Origin: Marsupella aquatica
Taxonomy: Eukaryota > Plantae > Marchantiophyta
Length of the DNA stretch: 64,000 nt
Assembly (NCBI GenBank): GCA_973895155.1
Contig: OZ316891.1
Coordinates: 30,573,112-30,637,111, forward strand
Direction: 5' to 3'
How positions within the stretch are numbered: position 1 is the first letter of the stretch; every line of letters starts with the position of its first letter. A model generated the notes under the pieces. That model saw only the letters and a list, made by a program, of their open reading frames with translations, was not told the origin of the DNA and made no database searches. A program made the position numbers and the translations under genes. Positions 1-13,800 of this stretch are shown one piece after another.

Positions 1-405
1 CCACTCAAGGAGTTAGATCTTGTCAACAAGCTTCAATTAAAGGAATGAATGAATTGCTCCGACACTGAACTTCATTGAGGGGTGACCCAAAAGGAGAGCG
101 AGGTAGAGATAAATATGCCGGCAGAACGAACGAGGGTCACATCCTCGTCTAACTAACTCTCCTCCGCCCTCTCCCCCTCGTCCCCAGACATCGGATCGAA
201 GAATTGGATCGAAGAATTTCAGGGATCTCACTCGAGACAGAGCAAATTGAGACAGGGCCAGTGAGAGAACAGAGTGCCCGAATGCGCGAGACAGAGTGAA
301 TGAATGAGAGATTTGCTCGACTACAAACGACTGTACAGAACTGTAGCGTCTCCAATTAGTTTCTCTGTTTCGAATTCAACGAAACAGAGACTTGGTGGGC
401 CCCCT
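1..405 (-). promoter_or_regulatory. Probable promoter/5' leader of a minus-strand gene that continues off the left edge
   Basis: Minus strand reads as a CT-rich leader (ctctgtctcgcgcattc..., ctctgttctctc). A site-II/TCP-like GTGGGCCC lies at ~396-403. No CDS is visible in the window. Confidence 0.35.
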
Positions 406-795
406 TGAGCGAAACAAACCCCTCTACTTAAATTTGCCACCAACTTTAAGGGCCAACTCGCCTCTACTTAAATTTGCTACCAACTTTAAGGAGGTATTCT
501 ATGTTGCAAGCAAACAGGAGATTTTGATAGGGAGTAGATTTTGATAGCAAGACACTAATGGTTCCAAATTTCAGGTGCTTTTTGGTGTCTTTTACATTTT
601 TTGAGTTTTTTAAAGACTCCAGATGGCTAGCGAGCTAGCTAGCAAAAAGGGAGTCCCCAAAAGGGATGATACCAACCAGGTAGTTGATAGCAAGGCAGTT
701 GGATGCAAATAAATAGAGGTCATGCAAGAATGTTTTTTGCTCGGGCGAGGAATACTTTTACTGTTTGCTTGCACGTTACAATTACTCAACTTTAA

Positions 796-1304
796 GGACC
801 AACTCACATGTCTTCGGTCCTTCAGAATGTGGCCCTTTGCCCTTGCGTCCATTTCACAAAATCTTCTTTCCTGCTGGGTGTGATACGCGGGTGTGATACA
901 CGCTATGGAGTGCACTCATCTTTGTCCTTACCTGCAAGGGACTTTCTTTAACTTTTTTATTTGTTTGAAGGAAATAATCATTTGATCAATACATTTTTTT
1001 GTTGCAAATTTTTACCCAATATACAAACATATGGAAGCATTGGTTGCAGTGAAGTGATGCTACGCTATGCAATAGCTGCTTCGTATGTGGAAATCTGAGA
1101 ATCAGTTGCACACTTTTTGTTTTCTTTGCAAGGCAAAGGTCTGGATCTGCAAGGGCCGGAAGGTTTCAGGTCTTTGCCCTTGGGTCCCCACAAGACCTAC
1201 TGCCAGGCCTGCCTCTTGTGGGGCTTAATGGCAGCAATTCTCAACATGACATGTTGGACTTTGAGGGCCACATTCTGAATGGCGAATGACATGCGAATTG
1301 GCCC
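796..1304. mobile_element. PIF/Harbinger (Tourist-like) MITE, 509 bp
   Basis: ~41-bp imperfect TIRs: GGACCAACTCACATGTCTTCGGTCCTTCAGAATGTGGCCCT versus the reverse complement of 1264-1304, GGGCCAATTCGCATGTCATTCGCCATTCAGAATGTGGCCCT. TAA target-site duplication at 793-795 and 1305-1307. Confidence 0.8.
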
Positions 1305-2653
1305 TAAAGGTTAACTATGTGTAATCATTTTTGGAAGTCCGTCCTATCTCCATAATGTACTGGCCAGAAAGTCACGATCATTAACTATTTTTTGGACCAT
1401 ATCTTGTATTGGATAATGGCTGCCTGGTAGGGTTACTAGCCTATAACCTTGTGACCAGAAAGTGAGGAAAACTCGAGTGAAAGCAGCTGGGAAGCTTTTC
1501 TGAGCTTTCTTGAAGCCGGGTTCAGACTAAAACCCCTGCTCAGACCTCCATTACAGTACGTAATTATTGTCCAAAAAAAGGTTACTTCCAGGCAACAGAT
1601 TCTTGGAATAGCGAGTACCTCCAAAAATGGTTATGTATAGGATAATGGCCGCTGGTATGGGGTCCTGGAGTGAAGTTTGCTCCCAGGATCCAGAAAAGCT
1701 TCCCGGCCAGAGCTTTTCTTCACTTTCTTGTCACAAGGTTACAGCCTAGTAATTCTGTGCCCAAACCGTCATTGTCCTCCACTTACCCCTTCTTTGGAAA
1801 GGGGAGTTGCTGGGACCTCGTCCCTGTCATCCAAGTACATCACCTGCAAGATTCCATGTCAATGTTGAATGAAATAATTATAGGTTACCTGTATGTAACC
1901 ATTTATGGAGATCCTTGCTATTTCTACCATCTAGTGCCCAAAAGCTTGTGATTGGTGGCTTTTTTCCTTACCACATTTACACAATGGGACACCAGCCCAA
2001 GGGATAGGTGGATGTGCTAAGACTGGAGAGGTCGGACCCAGGAACAAGTTGGGCCCCCAAAGGAGGCAACCAAACAAGGAATTTAGAGACTTCTTCATTG
2101 TTGACTTACCTATCTTGCCAGCCCTTCTAGTTGAATTAATACATTTGATTCCACTGTTGGTTAAGCAGAGTAACTCCGGTGCTTTGACATCCGGCCAGGT
2201 TTTCAAGTTTAGATGGTCATCCATGTCCTCTACTCTAAACCCAAGAAGCGCTTTTCAACCCTTGACATTGGGCTGGTCTCTTGCTTTGCTCCTGCCCCAA
2301 CTCTTGCCGCACCCTCAGGATTGGCTGCCCCACTCCGTTACCCCCCCCCCCCCGAGCAAGGGTGGGTCAGGGTGTTGGGGTTAAACCACCACTGTCCCCT
2401 AACTTGTGACAAGACAATGTAGTTCACATTTTTATGCCAAAACATTATTGACTAATTAAGGTAACCTGGATCCACCAGGTCTTGCGGGAATAGTGGCTAT
2501 ATAATTTGAGCATCATGACAACTGTCCAATCAACTCATAGGATATTGACCTTTGGATCATCCCAAACTAAGTAGAGTTACTTTGCTTAACCAAGGCTGGA
2601 AAATGGTGACAATGGAAATTGGTGACGACTTCATAATTAGACCAAAAAATAAT

Positions 2654-2820
2654 GGCAAAGTAATGATTGGACCAAACAAAAGCGTCTATGTAGTAAATTT
2701 CACTTTGTGAGAATGAAGATGGGCAAAATATGTAATTTCACGAAAGAAAGAGTCAAGGCAAAGTAATGATTGGACCAAACAAAAGCGTCAATGTAGTAAA
2801 TCTCACTATGTGACAATGTA
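2654..2820. repeat. Direct repeat of ~64 bp, period 103
   Basis: ggcaaagtaatgattggaccaaacaaaagcgtc.atgtagtaaat.tcact.tgtga.aatg occurs at 2654 and 2757. Confidence 0.85.
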
Positions 2821-4809
2821 CAGCATATATTGGCTCCCATTTCTCAGGCCTCATATCACTTACAGCAGATGTGCTAAATAAATTTGCACTTCTCAAATAC
2901 TAAACTTCAGAGTCGTTTGCAAAAGATCACCACATTTTTTCAAGTTCCTGATCGGTTTGGCCAAAACAATGAGACGAATGAGCAGAGAATCACTGGATTC
3001 ACACTGACACAATAAACGCAGGAGTTTTGCTGAGGGTGCTGAGGTGAATGTCTTTGATGAATGCGCAGAATTTTCTTCACTGGGTCCTCACTTTGCAGAG
3101 GAATGCGAGGGTGCGCTGAAGGTGTGTGGTCTTTTGGTACTCGTAAACGCTCTCCTTACTTGTACCCTCGATGCAATCATAGCAGTAGCTACATTTGCCT
3201 TTCATTGTGCACAAGGCTTCAGACCAGGGGCGAATCGGGAGAGTAGTACAAATCTGCTTGGACCAGTGAGCCCTCCACCAATCCTGATTTTCTGTCATGG
3301 GCTCACTCATTGCATCATTCATTTCTTCTTGCATTCACCTAGATTCGTTCATGAATTCACTCACTGAGTTATTCGTTTCTTCTTCCATTTACCTGTTCTT
3401 CTTTCATGAATGCGTTGATTTCGTTTCTGTCAGATGCGGGTCTTGAGATGAAGCTTGCTTGAGATCAGATCTTAGCCAGACAAGCCGAGCAGCATTCCAG
3501 CACAGCCGCAAAATCTCTGTACACGGCTTGCGGAGCAGAAAGGTGACTATATAATTAAACACCGGGTGGTCATTGTTAGCAAATTCAATTCAATAGCGAG
3601 GGGTCATAGTTAGCGCGATGACATTGAGTGGAGAATCCGTCATTGCACATAGGGAAGATAGGAAATAAGCAAGACTCACAAATTTGCCAGTGGAGAAGAA
3701 TGGCAGGGTCAAACTACATTTAGCGTTGTTCCATACCCGCCAAGCCACTTGGCCTAGGTTTTACACTTCCTTCTCCTGTGCGTTGTGACAAATGGATGAC
3801 CATTGTATCGTCTTCCATCGTGCAATGTAGGTTCAAATTCCGAGCAAAGGCGGAGCGGTGAAGAAGCTCAGGCCTCAAGCAATTGTGGTGCGTTGGAGTA
3901 GCGGCTGCGTGTAGTCGTTATTGAATGTGGCTGATTCAGCCATCGTCAACTCAACTTCCAAAGCCTTCAATGGGAATTCAGCTCTGGTCAGCTCTCCCTC
4001 GCTCCGTCCAGGTCCTTTTGTGGTAGTGTACTGTATAAATTTTTTTCGGGCATGCAAAGGCACGATCTTCTATACTTTGACTGAGACATTTGGAGTATTG
4101 ACTATAAGAGTCACAGAGGCATTTTGTACTAAGGACATTGTTTCTCCTAATACACATTTTGACATGTTTGGACGAATGCATCATACTGTTCTCTTTCTGT
4201 TTCTTACGGTTTTGGCCATTGCAAAAGATGGTAGATGTCATATTTGCGTCCCGCCAGTTATTTGTAGCCATAGGAGGCATAGTGTAGACAATTTGGGTGG
4301 TCAGGTTTGGTCGTTTTTGTCAGCATTCATTAGATTACTAGAACGCCGATTAGTAGTGGCGACAGGTGCCAGAGTCTAGACAATTTGGGTCTTCAGCTTT
4401 GGTCGCTTTTGCTAGCAATCTCTCAAGATTTTTCACTACAACCTCGATTAATAGAAGCGATAGGAGCAGGAGGCTAGACAATTTGGGTCTTCGTTTTTCA
4501 CTCAGGACGGACAGCGATCTGCCTGTTGAAGCGGCCGGTCTGTTTTACAAATCATCTCGTCTTTGCTACGATGTGGGGAACGAGAATTTAAAGGCAGAGT
4601 TCTCATCGCAAATAAAGTTGGATTGAGTCGATCGAAGGTGATTTCATTTGAAGAGACCCAAAAAATATCTCGTATCGGAGAGGGGGGCGGTGTCAGAAAG
4701 CTTGTGCGCGGGGCTGTCGTGGCTCAACAGGTTGTCGCAAATCTTGTGGATTGAGCTTGATCTTGTTCTGTGTGCAGAAGAGGTGGTGAGGGAAGATAGC
4801 GCTGTAGAG

Positions 4810-7800
4810 ATGACTCAAATGGCAACTCCCCAAACTATGGAGTTCATCAATACCATGTTTCCATCTGGTATTTCATCTTGCTAAACAGCGTTGATCTTTT
4901 TGCAAACTTTCTCTATCCTGAGCATTTCCCGTCCTTTTAGGGACGCAGTTTAGTGTTTGCATTCAGAGTTTAAGCTTGTGAGACGGATGCAAGAGATTTG
5001 GCTTTATCTTCTCATTCCTGAAGGCAGCTGCAATTCCTTTATTTTGTCCAATTACTGCCGAAATGGTTAAATTATTGTATCAGGATGACATGATGTCATT
5101 TTTACATGTCATCGAAATTGGTTTCTGTCTGAGCTAGGCATCGCTATGACCTGCAATGATATTGTTGAACTCTCTCGAGTTCTTGCTTCAGTCAAGGAAC
5201 TTTATAATCGAACTAGTACTGGATAGGCAAAAACGCTTCATCTAATCTGAAACCTTTGCGTGCAATTCTCCTCGCAAGCTCTACTCGTGGCTTCTGACCC
5301 TCAGCAAATTGTGTTCACTGCTGACTACTCCAGAGGCATCTTTAGTGGGCGTTGAACCCCTAATACACAAGCTAAAGAATGAAATTCGACGCGTAGATGC
5401 CGAAGTTTTGGCCGCCATTCGTCAGCAGGTTCTCAAAGACGTTGTCTATACTTGCTTCAATTATGCATTAAAGAGAGGAAGGAGCACAATTTTATCATGC
5501 AAGTGTTTACAATTGCATTCAGCAGAGGCAGCCAATAAGTATTGCAGCCGAAGTGCTTGAAAGTTGTGTTGCAAATGATTCTTTCTTGATCCGACCATTC
5601 CAACTTTCATTGTTATACAGAGCTCATCTGGATCGAAAGCAAAAGAGGATCTTGCCGCAGCTATGCGTGCTATCCAGGTGCAGACACGCACGCTAGAAAA
5701 GATCTTCCTATGAGGTCGATCTTTGTCTGTCTTGCTCTCCTCTAGCACGAGACGGCAGCACTGTTTTGACCTTCTTTATGGATGATGTGAGATAGATTTC
5801 CTAGGATTTGCGAATACGGTAGGCTCGAATTAGAATTTGATCGTTTGACTTTCTTTCTGTATGCATCAACTGCTGCTGCAGGAACTATCTCAAAAAATTA
5901 AATTGATCAAAAGTAAGGCAGAGCAGAGCGAAGTAATGGTACAAGAAATTTGCCGAGATATAAAAAAGCTGGACTTTGCAAAGAAGCATATCACCACCAC
6001 CATAACGGCCCTGCATCGTCTGGCAATGTTGGGTACATGCGTGCTGTATTTCCTCTTCTTCAGAATTGCATCGACAAAACTCTTTGATTTTCTGATTGGT
6101 CTAATTTCTTTGCAAACTCCAGAACAAAGGTTATCTCCCCAATGGCTGTTTGGTGTCATATTTAAGGTTTCTTTTGTGTTTTGCAGTGTCAGCTGTGGAG
6201 CAATTGCAAGGCATGGCTGCAAAACGTCAGTATAAAGAAGCTGCTGGGCAGCTTGAGGTAACACTCTCGTGAAAGCGGCCTTTATGTTGAGCTCCTGCTG
6301 GACGCTGATGCACGTTGTAGATTGAGGGTACTGCGTTGCTGACTGCTGAATGCTGATGCTATGCAGGCAGTGAATCAACTCTGTGGCCATTTTGAAGCCT
6401 ACAGTGATATTGCCAAAATCAGTGAGTTGAGGGAAAAGTTTAAGTCTATCAAGCAAACACTTAAGTCACATGTCTTCTCCGACTTTTCAAGGTGAGGGAC
6501 ACCTTTTTTCACTGGACATGTAAAAAGTAATTTAAATTAATGAATTCAAATTAGGAACATTCACTGGTTTAATCTTTTGGACACTTTTTGTATTGTATCT
6601 TGTACGCGTTGACTTGTGTTACTATCTTCGTGTTCTTCTGGAGGATTTTTCAGTTGATCTGGGTTTTATTGGTTCTAGCTTTTGAAGTTTCGGAGTTACG
6701 GGTGTCGAAAAATCAAAAGAATTCCAGTTGAGCTCGTGAACAAATCGCGGATGTTGATCACTCCTGCATTTTTAATTAATGCTTTTGTCGTTGCTGGTTA
6801 GATTGGTTTGAATGTACTTAATGTGATGTTGATGTCAAGATGATCTGGAATCTTGGAAGGACGTATATGAGCACCCAGCTGTGACATTCGAGAACTGCCA
6901 TCTTTTTTCACTTTATATGATGTGTCCATTTACCCCCGAAAATACTGATTTTTGCACTTACCTTCTCCAAAACCTATGGAATTATTTACTCAGCTCTGTA
7001 CTTGGATAGTGTTGTCTTCTATGCATTTATGTCGGAATCTTCTTGTAACTCACATTCGACACATTCAATTGTTATTTCTTTGATGCAGTTTGGGGGCAGC
7101 AGGATTGAAAGATGATGGTCAACAAATGCAACAATTAGCAGATGCATGCTTGGTAGTGGACTCTCTAGATGAGTCTGTACGTGAGGAGCTGGTCCGAAAT
7201 ATCTGTAGCAAAGAATTGACGGCTTATCAACAAATTTTTCAGGGGACAGGTTGAACTCAAATAGTCCCTTGCGGACGATAATTCTACTTCGTTGTCTCTA
7301 GCATTTGAAATTGTGACGGGAAATTCATCTTCTTTGCAAGTGCTTGAAAGACTTCTAGCGGTTTTGTCATTTGAGACGATGCTTGCCGTCGTAAGTTGAA
7401 TTTTAGAGAAGATTAAAAATGGTTGTGGGTTCGCTTGAAAATATGCCTAAAGCTGTACTCAGCAGCATTAATCGGCTGATTTTGATTCTTGTAGAGGTGT
7501 CAAGGCTAGACAAAGCAGAGCGGCGCTATGCATGGATCAAGAGACAATTGCGAGCCAATGAAGAAATCTGGCAGATGTTTCCACCTGCGTGGAAAGTTCA
7601 ATACTTACTGTGCATGCAATTTTGCAAAGTTACACGGTATGCAATAAGTGAACTGCTTGTCTTGGTATTGCTCTAGATCTGAAGCTCTTGAGTAACAAAT
7701 CTTTTTATATTACGTTCTAGGCCTTGAGCTTGTGGTCGGGCAATAATTTCATCTGAACTAAACTTCGGACAGTGGTACTTTTGCCTCGACATATAAGCAG

Positions 7801-10800
7801 AGTCAAATGAAAAGGCACTTGCCACAATCCGGGTATCTTTCATTGGAACGCATAGAAATAATACTGCAGGACCTTCCTGTTGTGCTGCCTTTTCCACCTG
7901 ATGGGAGTTGTTTGGGAGTGCTAGGGCACAGCTTATGGAGATTCTTGACACTGCAATGCCTAAGCCAGACGTTGCAACTCTGCTTCAGGTTAGGATCTCT
8001 TGCCTGCCCAGTGCAATGCACATTCGGCCGTTGTGCATTCATTGAAATTTGGACTGGGAAAACCATGCTCTGGATTTCAAATGGAAGCTCTATTTTGATC
8101 TAGTGAGACTTAGTGGAGACCTCAGTGTGAGTGCATGGAGGAATTGAGCCCGTTCATATACCTTTATTCACGAACTTGTGGATCCCTAATTCGTGAGACT
8201 TCAGAGAGTCAGCCACATTCCGCATCGCACCTGGTAGTCTTGATGCGAGCCTTAGTAACCTGGCTAACTCATCTACTCTCACTATAGTTTTCCTCTCTGA
8301 ACTGTAATGCGATGGTGGTGACTGCATTATGGTCCACGTATTTTCTTCTATCTTTGAACGTAGTTTGTACCTTCGTGTATGTATCATGAGCTTATTGCGT
8401 GGGATTCTGTGGTTTTTCACAGGCTTTGCAAAGGACACTTGAATTTGAGCAAGAACTTGCTGAACGCTTTGGAGAGAGTGGCAATACCGGTAACGCTGAC
8501 GAAGAAAGCGATGAAGATACTGAAGGTGTTGGAGGAGATGGTGAGTTAACAGCGTCAGCAATCAGAAAGAAGTATCAGAAGCAGCTTGCACAAAAGCAGG
8601 TTCGAACTATCCTGTTGGAGGACAGATTTCATTAGGTGGTCGGTTTTCTTGAAATGTATTTAATGAAGTACAAAGTGCAAAGATCTTGCGTACGAAATGA
8701 CCTGCTGTGTTAGGGCACAAACTTTTTGTCAGAATTCCCACTATTTTTCATAGTTGTTTCGAAGCGGTCTTGGCTCGTCATGACATCAAAAGCTGCACAT
8801 ATTCTAGGCTGCATGTCTTTCAAAATGTCTTTCCTTCTTCAATGGGATGTCTTTCCTTCTTTGATAGGTTTCTGTACGTGAGGACTGTATCTCGTTTTAT
8901 ACGTTGTACCTTTCTTTCAAGTTTCACATTTCTAAGACATATGTGCTCTTGCCAAGCAAGCCTAGTGTGTCTGCTGACTTGCTGCCTGTGCTCTTTTAGA
9001 GGAGCAAAGCAAACACCATAGGAATCAGCAGTTTGTCAAAAGTGTTGAAGCAAGAATCACTGTTATCAATGTGACTCATTTGCGGGTGATTGTCATGATG
9101 GAACCGTGATGAATTCCTGGGGTTGGTGACAGCATGAGGGAGACACTCAGAAGCAAGTTGCACTCAATGCGGGAAATGCTGTAAGTAAATTGGTTTTTTG
9201 ATGCTTGTATTCTACCTTTCGAGGTTAAATTTTGTTAGGAGCTTCCCTCCTGAGCAGTATCCCTTGCAATTTTCCTACGCTGCCATTTTTATGCACTTTT
9301 GGACAGAAATGATTTGCGGAAGTTTAAACGTACAACTTGAGACTTTTCTGTCGTCCTTTTAATAGCTCGGCACTGCAGGCAGCTATAGCTAGTTTCAGCT
9401 TTAAAGGCACTATATCATCTTGCTTTGAGCCCCACCTCGGTCCCTATGTGGAGCTGGAGGAGAAGACACTTATGGAGACCTTAGAGAAACTCATTCAGGT
9501 ATGCTGCTCTAAGGCTTCTATCTCCGACTGGTGTGCATTTCACCAGTTGCGTTGCCACTCTCCTGTGTTAATTGTACATATTGTTTGGCTGACCACACAT
9601 TCATTCCTTCGTCTTATGTGCTCAATATGTATGAAATGTAGGAAAAGACTTGGGACACCGAGGAAGGCAGTCAGACGAACATCCTGAGCAGCAGCACACA
9701 GGTCAGATACCTCATGCTACTGTCTTTCTGATTTGTGGGAATAATTTTGCTGTACAGTTCCTTCCCTTGACTGTTCAGATGCTGAACTGCTTGATAATAT
9801 CAGAGAAAGCTGAAAATTTCTCTAATAAAGGTTGATCAAGTCAGCTGTAGTCTGCAGTTACTATTTAAAGTTTGGTTAAATTTACATATCATATCAGTAG
9901 CACGCGTTTCTTGATAGTGAAGCTGCTGTACATCTTGCGATTTGAGGCTCAAGTGGGGTTTCTTTTGGAGAACAGGTTTTCTTGGTTATAAAGAGGAGTT
10001 TGAAGCGTTGCAGTGCCCTGACAAGGAACACAACACTTTTTAATCTTTATAAGGTACTTTCTTGTCAGTGATGTTATGGGAAGGCCAAGGTTTGGTGGCA
10101 GGGTTTAGGGATATTTCTAACGTTTCCCTCTCTCCAAACCATCTGTGTTCTTCACTTAGCATTGAGATTATCTTTGAACTAGACTCTATGAGCAGGTTTC
10201 TTTGGTTACTTATTCAATATTCATTGGGGCGATAAGCATTTGGTCCATATGGGAGGGTGCGGATGATGTTAATGGAGTGGAAAGTTTTGCGTTGGATGAT
10301 AACGCATTATTGTTCCCAAAGCTCTATTCAAGAATAATAAAGCTCTCTCGTGGTGTTCTTCGTCGGACAATGTCATCTTCTGAACTTTTCATCATCGTTA
10401 CAGGTCTTCCAGCGGATCCTCAATGCCTATGCTGGAAAACTTAGTGCCCGGTTGCCAAGAGGTGGAACAGGACTCGTGGCATCTGCAACGGGGACTGAAG
10501 GACAAGTGAAGGTATATCACTGATTGGGATATACTTTTTTTGCCTGCCCACTGTCCCTTAAGTACTTTGCAATTTAAAAATGAAGGGAATTCCCAGCGGC
10601 CGTTTTTGGTTTGATCAGTCAGATGTGTATTTGCCTCCTAATTAATTTGGAATATGAACAGTAGCATGGTACAACGGGAACACATGTCGACCATGTACGT
10701 GTGTTCCTTTATTGAGATACGAAACTCCACTCATTGCTTACAGTGCCATAATTAATAAATAGTAGTAATCACCCTTTCATCTTCCCAAAAGGTTGATGAG

Positions 10801-13800
10801 CTTGTGACATGTTCTGTCATTTGGATAGTCATCAACGAGCCTTATGATCAATGCTCGTGGACTTGTAGCTTCCGCTACTTCTGTCACTGAAGAACAAATG
10901 AAGGTACATAAATCTGCAATTGACTGCCTTGCAGTTATATTTTAACTCAACAAATAAATGCAGCGGCCATCAGGAGCTAATGAAGAACTTTGGCTTTCAA
11001 TTACCACGCGCATTTGAATCCCTTCTTCCAGACTCTCTTGTTACTTTCACATTATCTACCTCAGTGCTTTTGTATAGAACCTTGTGACGAATGCTCGTGG
11101 GCTTGTAACCTCCGCCACATCTACTACATCCGCCTCCTCTGGTTCATCTGGCTCACCAAGGTCATCTGTACCTTTTGTTGCTGATGGGCCAGTAAAGGTA
11201 CATATAACAGGTTTTTCAGCGTCTTTGATAAAAGAATATCCTTTCTGATTACGTTTGGTTTACCTTGACACCAAGACCAACCGCAGATAATTTATCCAAA
11301 TCTTTTCTGACTAGAACTGTCTATACCACCTTCTCTTTCTGGGTATATTGATGCTTTTCATCTCACTAGTTTAGATAGGTAAAGAATTACACTATCAAAG
11401 GAAGTGGGATGGGGTTGGGGGGGGGGGGGGGGGGCGTGTGGAGACTTCGAAACTCGTATTTGGGGTAACGACTCGAAATCTCAAGAATGCAGTGGAATTA
11501 TGTCAGTCACTTGGCTGTCTGCAAAATGAAGTAAGACATACGTATGGGACAAGGAGCAGTCGACCAAACTTGCGCATGAAGTTTCAGCAATCAACCTGTG
11601 TTGATTATTGTATGTTGGGTGAGCGTCCTGGCAGGTGACTGATAAAGACGAAAGAGTCATTTGCTTTATCGTAAACACTGCGGAATACTGCCATGAGACG
11701 GTACGCTTTTTGATCGAGCGAGCAGAATTTTTAAGATTGTCACTTAGTGTATTATCTGCTCCTGTTACTAATTGGTCACATCTCTCACAGGCAGGGCAGT
11801 TGGCTGAGAATATTGCAAAGATCATCGACATTCAATTCTCTGAGAGTATAGATATGTCAGAGGAGCAGGTAATGTGCCCCTACAAGTTCCCAGTTTTCCT
11901 GCATCTCTTGGAAAGTTGATGTAGATGTTGATCTTTTGTTGTGGCTGATTTATGGAAATGTCAAATTCGGAGCTGTTTAGAGTCGACGTTCAAATTCTGA
12001 TGACGACAAATTGCTCACTTTGAGTCACCAGGATGAGTTTTCTGGAGTGATTACAAAAGCGTTGTCAACCTTGGTACTGGGTCTGGAAAACAAACTGGAG
12101 GTGGAGCTTGCAAATATGGCCAGGATGTCATGGTCCACTCTAGAGGGAGTTGGGGACCAATCTGAGTATGACATTCTTCCCCGAAGTAGATTCTTAAGTT
12201 AGATTGGGGCATACAAACTTGAGGACGATACCCCTTGTGATTAGACTCTCCGTCTTTCCTGTTTTATGCAAGTATCCAATCTTCATGCATCAACAGCAGC
12301 GTTGATTAGATAGCACATGTTTTGTTAGATTTGGTATGACTTTTAGGGGAAAGATTAATTCCTTCTTAAATCATTTGCAGTTATGTCAACGGGATCAGTG
12401 CCATACTCTCAAGCAGTGTTCCCACCATTTCTGGTCTACTGTCCAAGCTTTATTTTCAATTCTTTATGGACAAGGTACCTGATATCTGCATTCGATGAGT
12501 GCTTCGTAGTGATCTTACGCTTTCTGATTTTCTCAAATTCAATTGACAGCCCTGAGTTGAGCCAAAGTCACGGTCGACAATGCTGATAAGCTTGTGAAGA
12601 TTGCACTCGCTGTCAAATTGTCTTGTGCCAGGTTTCATACAAAGTTAGCAAGAAGACAGCAGACTGATCTTTCCAAGTTCCTTGGTTAATGCAGTTAGCG
12701 GCATCTTTTGCCCCACGGTTTTACTCCAATATTTTCAAGTGCAAGCGCATTTCAGAGACTGGTGCTCAACAGGTGAATCGTCATGTTTTGATTTGAGCTC
12801 TCCTTTTGTCCTTGGATGCACGTGCAATTTTGGTTGCCATTTGTACAAATTATCCCATGCAAGTGTTGGTAGGATGCGTCTTTAAAGAAATCTCTCTAAT
12901 AAAAGGTTGCGTTAAATCCTTGCGTATTCTGAGATGTGCACCGGTTCACTGCAGATGCTCCTAGACACACATGCAATCAAGACAGTACTATTAGAAGTTC
13001 CTGCTCTTTGTGGGCAGGTATTTGCCTCCATATTCCTCATCTAATTCATTTTGCTCTTGCCATCAACCAGATATCTCGTTTTGCTTGCATTGATTGTGTT
13101 ATGAGATCTAACATAATGATAAACTCTAAATAAATAAGTAGAAACTATATTTTGCTGGCACTTATGTCCCATTTCTGTCACTGACACTGATGATTTTCCC
13201 ACTCAAAGTTAGCTGAATAGCACGGAGTTCCAATCTCCGTTATGAAAATTAGCCTCATGTGAAGTATGCCAATGAAATATGGTCTGTTTTGCTTTAGGTC
13301 ACCTGTTCAGATTTTAATGGACTAATTGTGTGTTCGAATTTTCTGTGTGTATGCCAGACGCCATCTCCTGCAAGCTACACTAAATACGTCACGCGTGAGA
13401 TGGGTAAAGCAGAAGCCCTTTTGAAGGTAATTCCTGTCAGTCTCTTGTAACTTCCTATACGGTGCTTTTGTCATGCGGACCGTTCGGTTCCTGTAGTACT
13501 TGTTGGCGGAGTTTACCGTGACTTTCATTTGTTTTTGTAGGTTATCTTGTCTCCAATGGAGGCGATAGCAGACACATATCGAGCTCTACTCCCAGAAGGA
13601 ACTGCGGTTGATTTCCAGCGAATTCTTGATTTGAAGGTACGTATGGGGCACAATCCAGAACAAGGAATCAGAAAAATTCATACCATTTTCATTGCCAGCG
13701 CAGGTAATATGAATCACGGAATTTCTTGTTGATCTCGAGATCTCCTCCTTGTATTAGACTTCGAACCAAAGATATCCATCCATAGACCAGATGCGTACTT

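Noticed and set aside
3778-3850. tRNA-like string (AATGG ... CTTCCA ... GGTTCAAATTCC)
   Set aside because: Acceptor and T stems do not pair and the spacing is off; at most a tRNA-derived SINE relic.
5890-6456. 188-aa minus-strand ORF
   Set aside because: Antisense shadow of VPS53 exons; no independent motif.
11418-11435. Long G homopolymer (also C runs at ~2340 and ~62356)
   Set aside because: Simple mononucleotide runs with no evidence of function.
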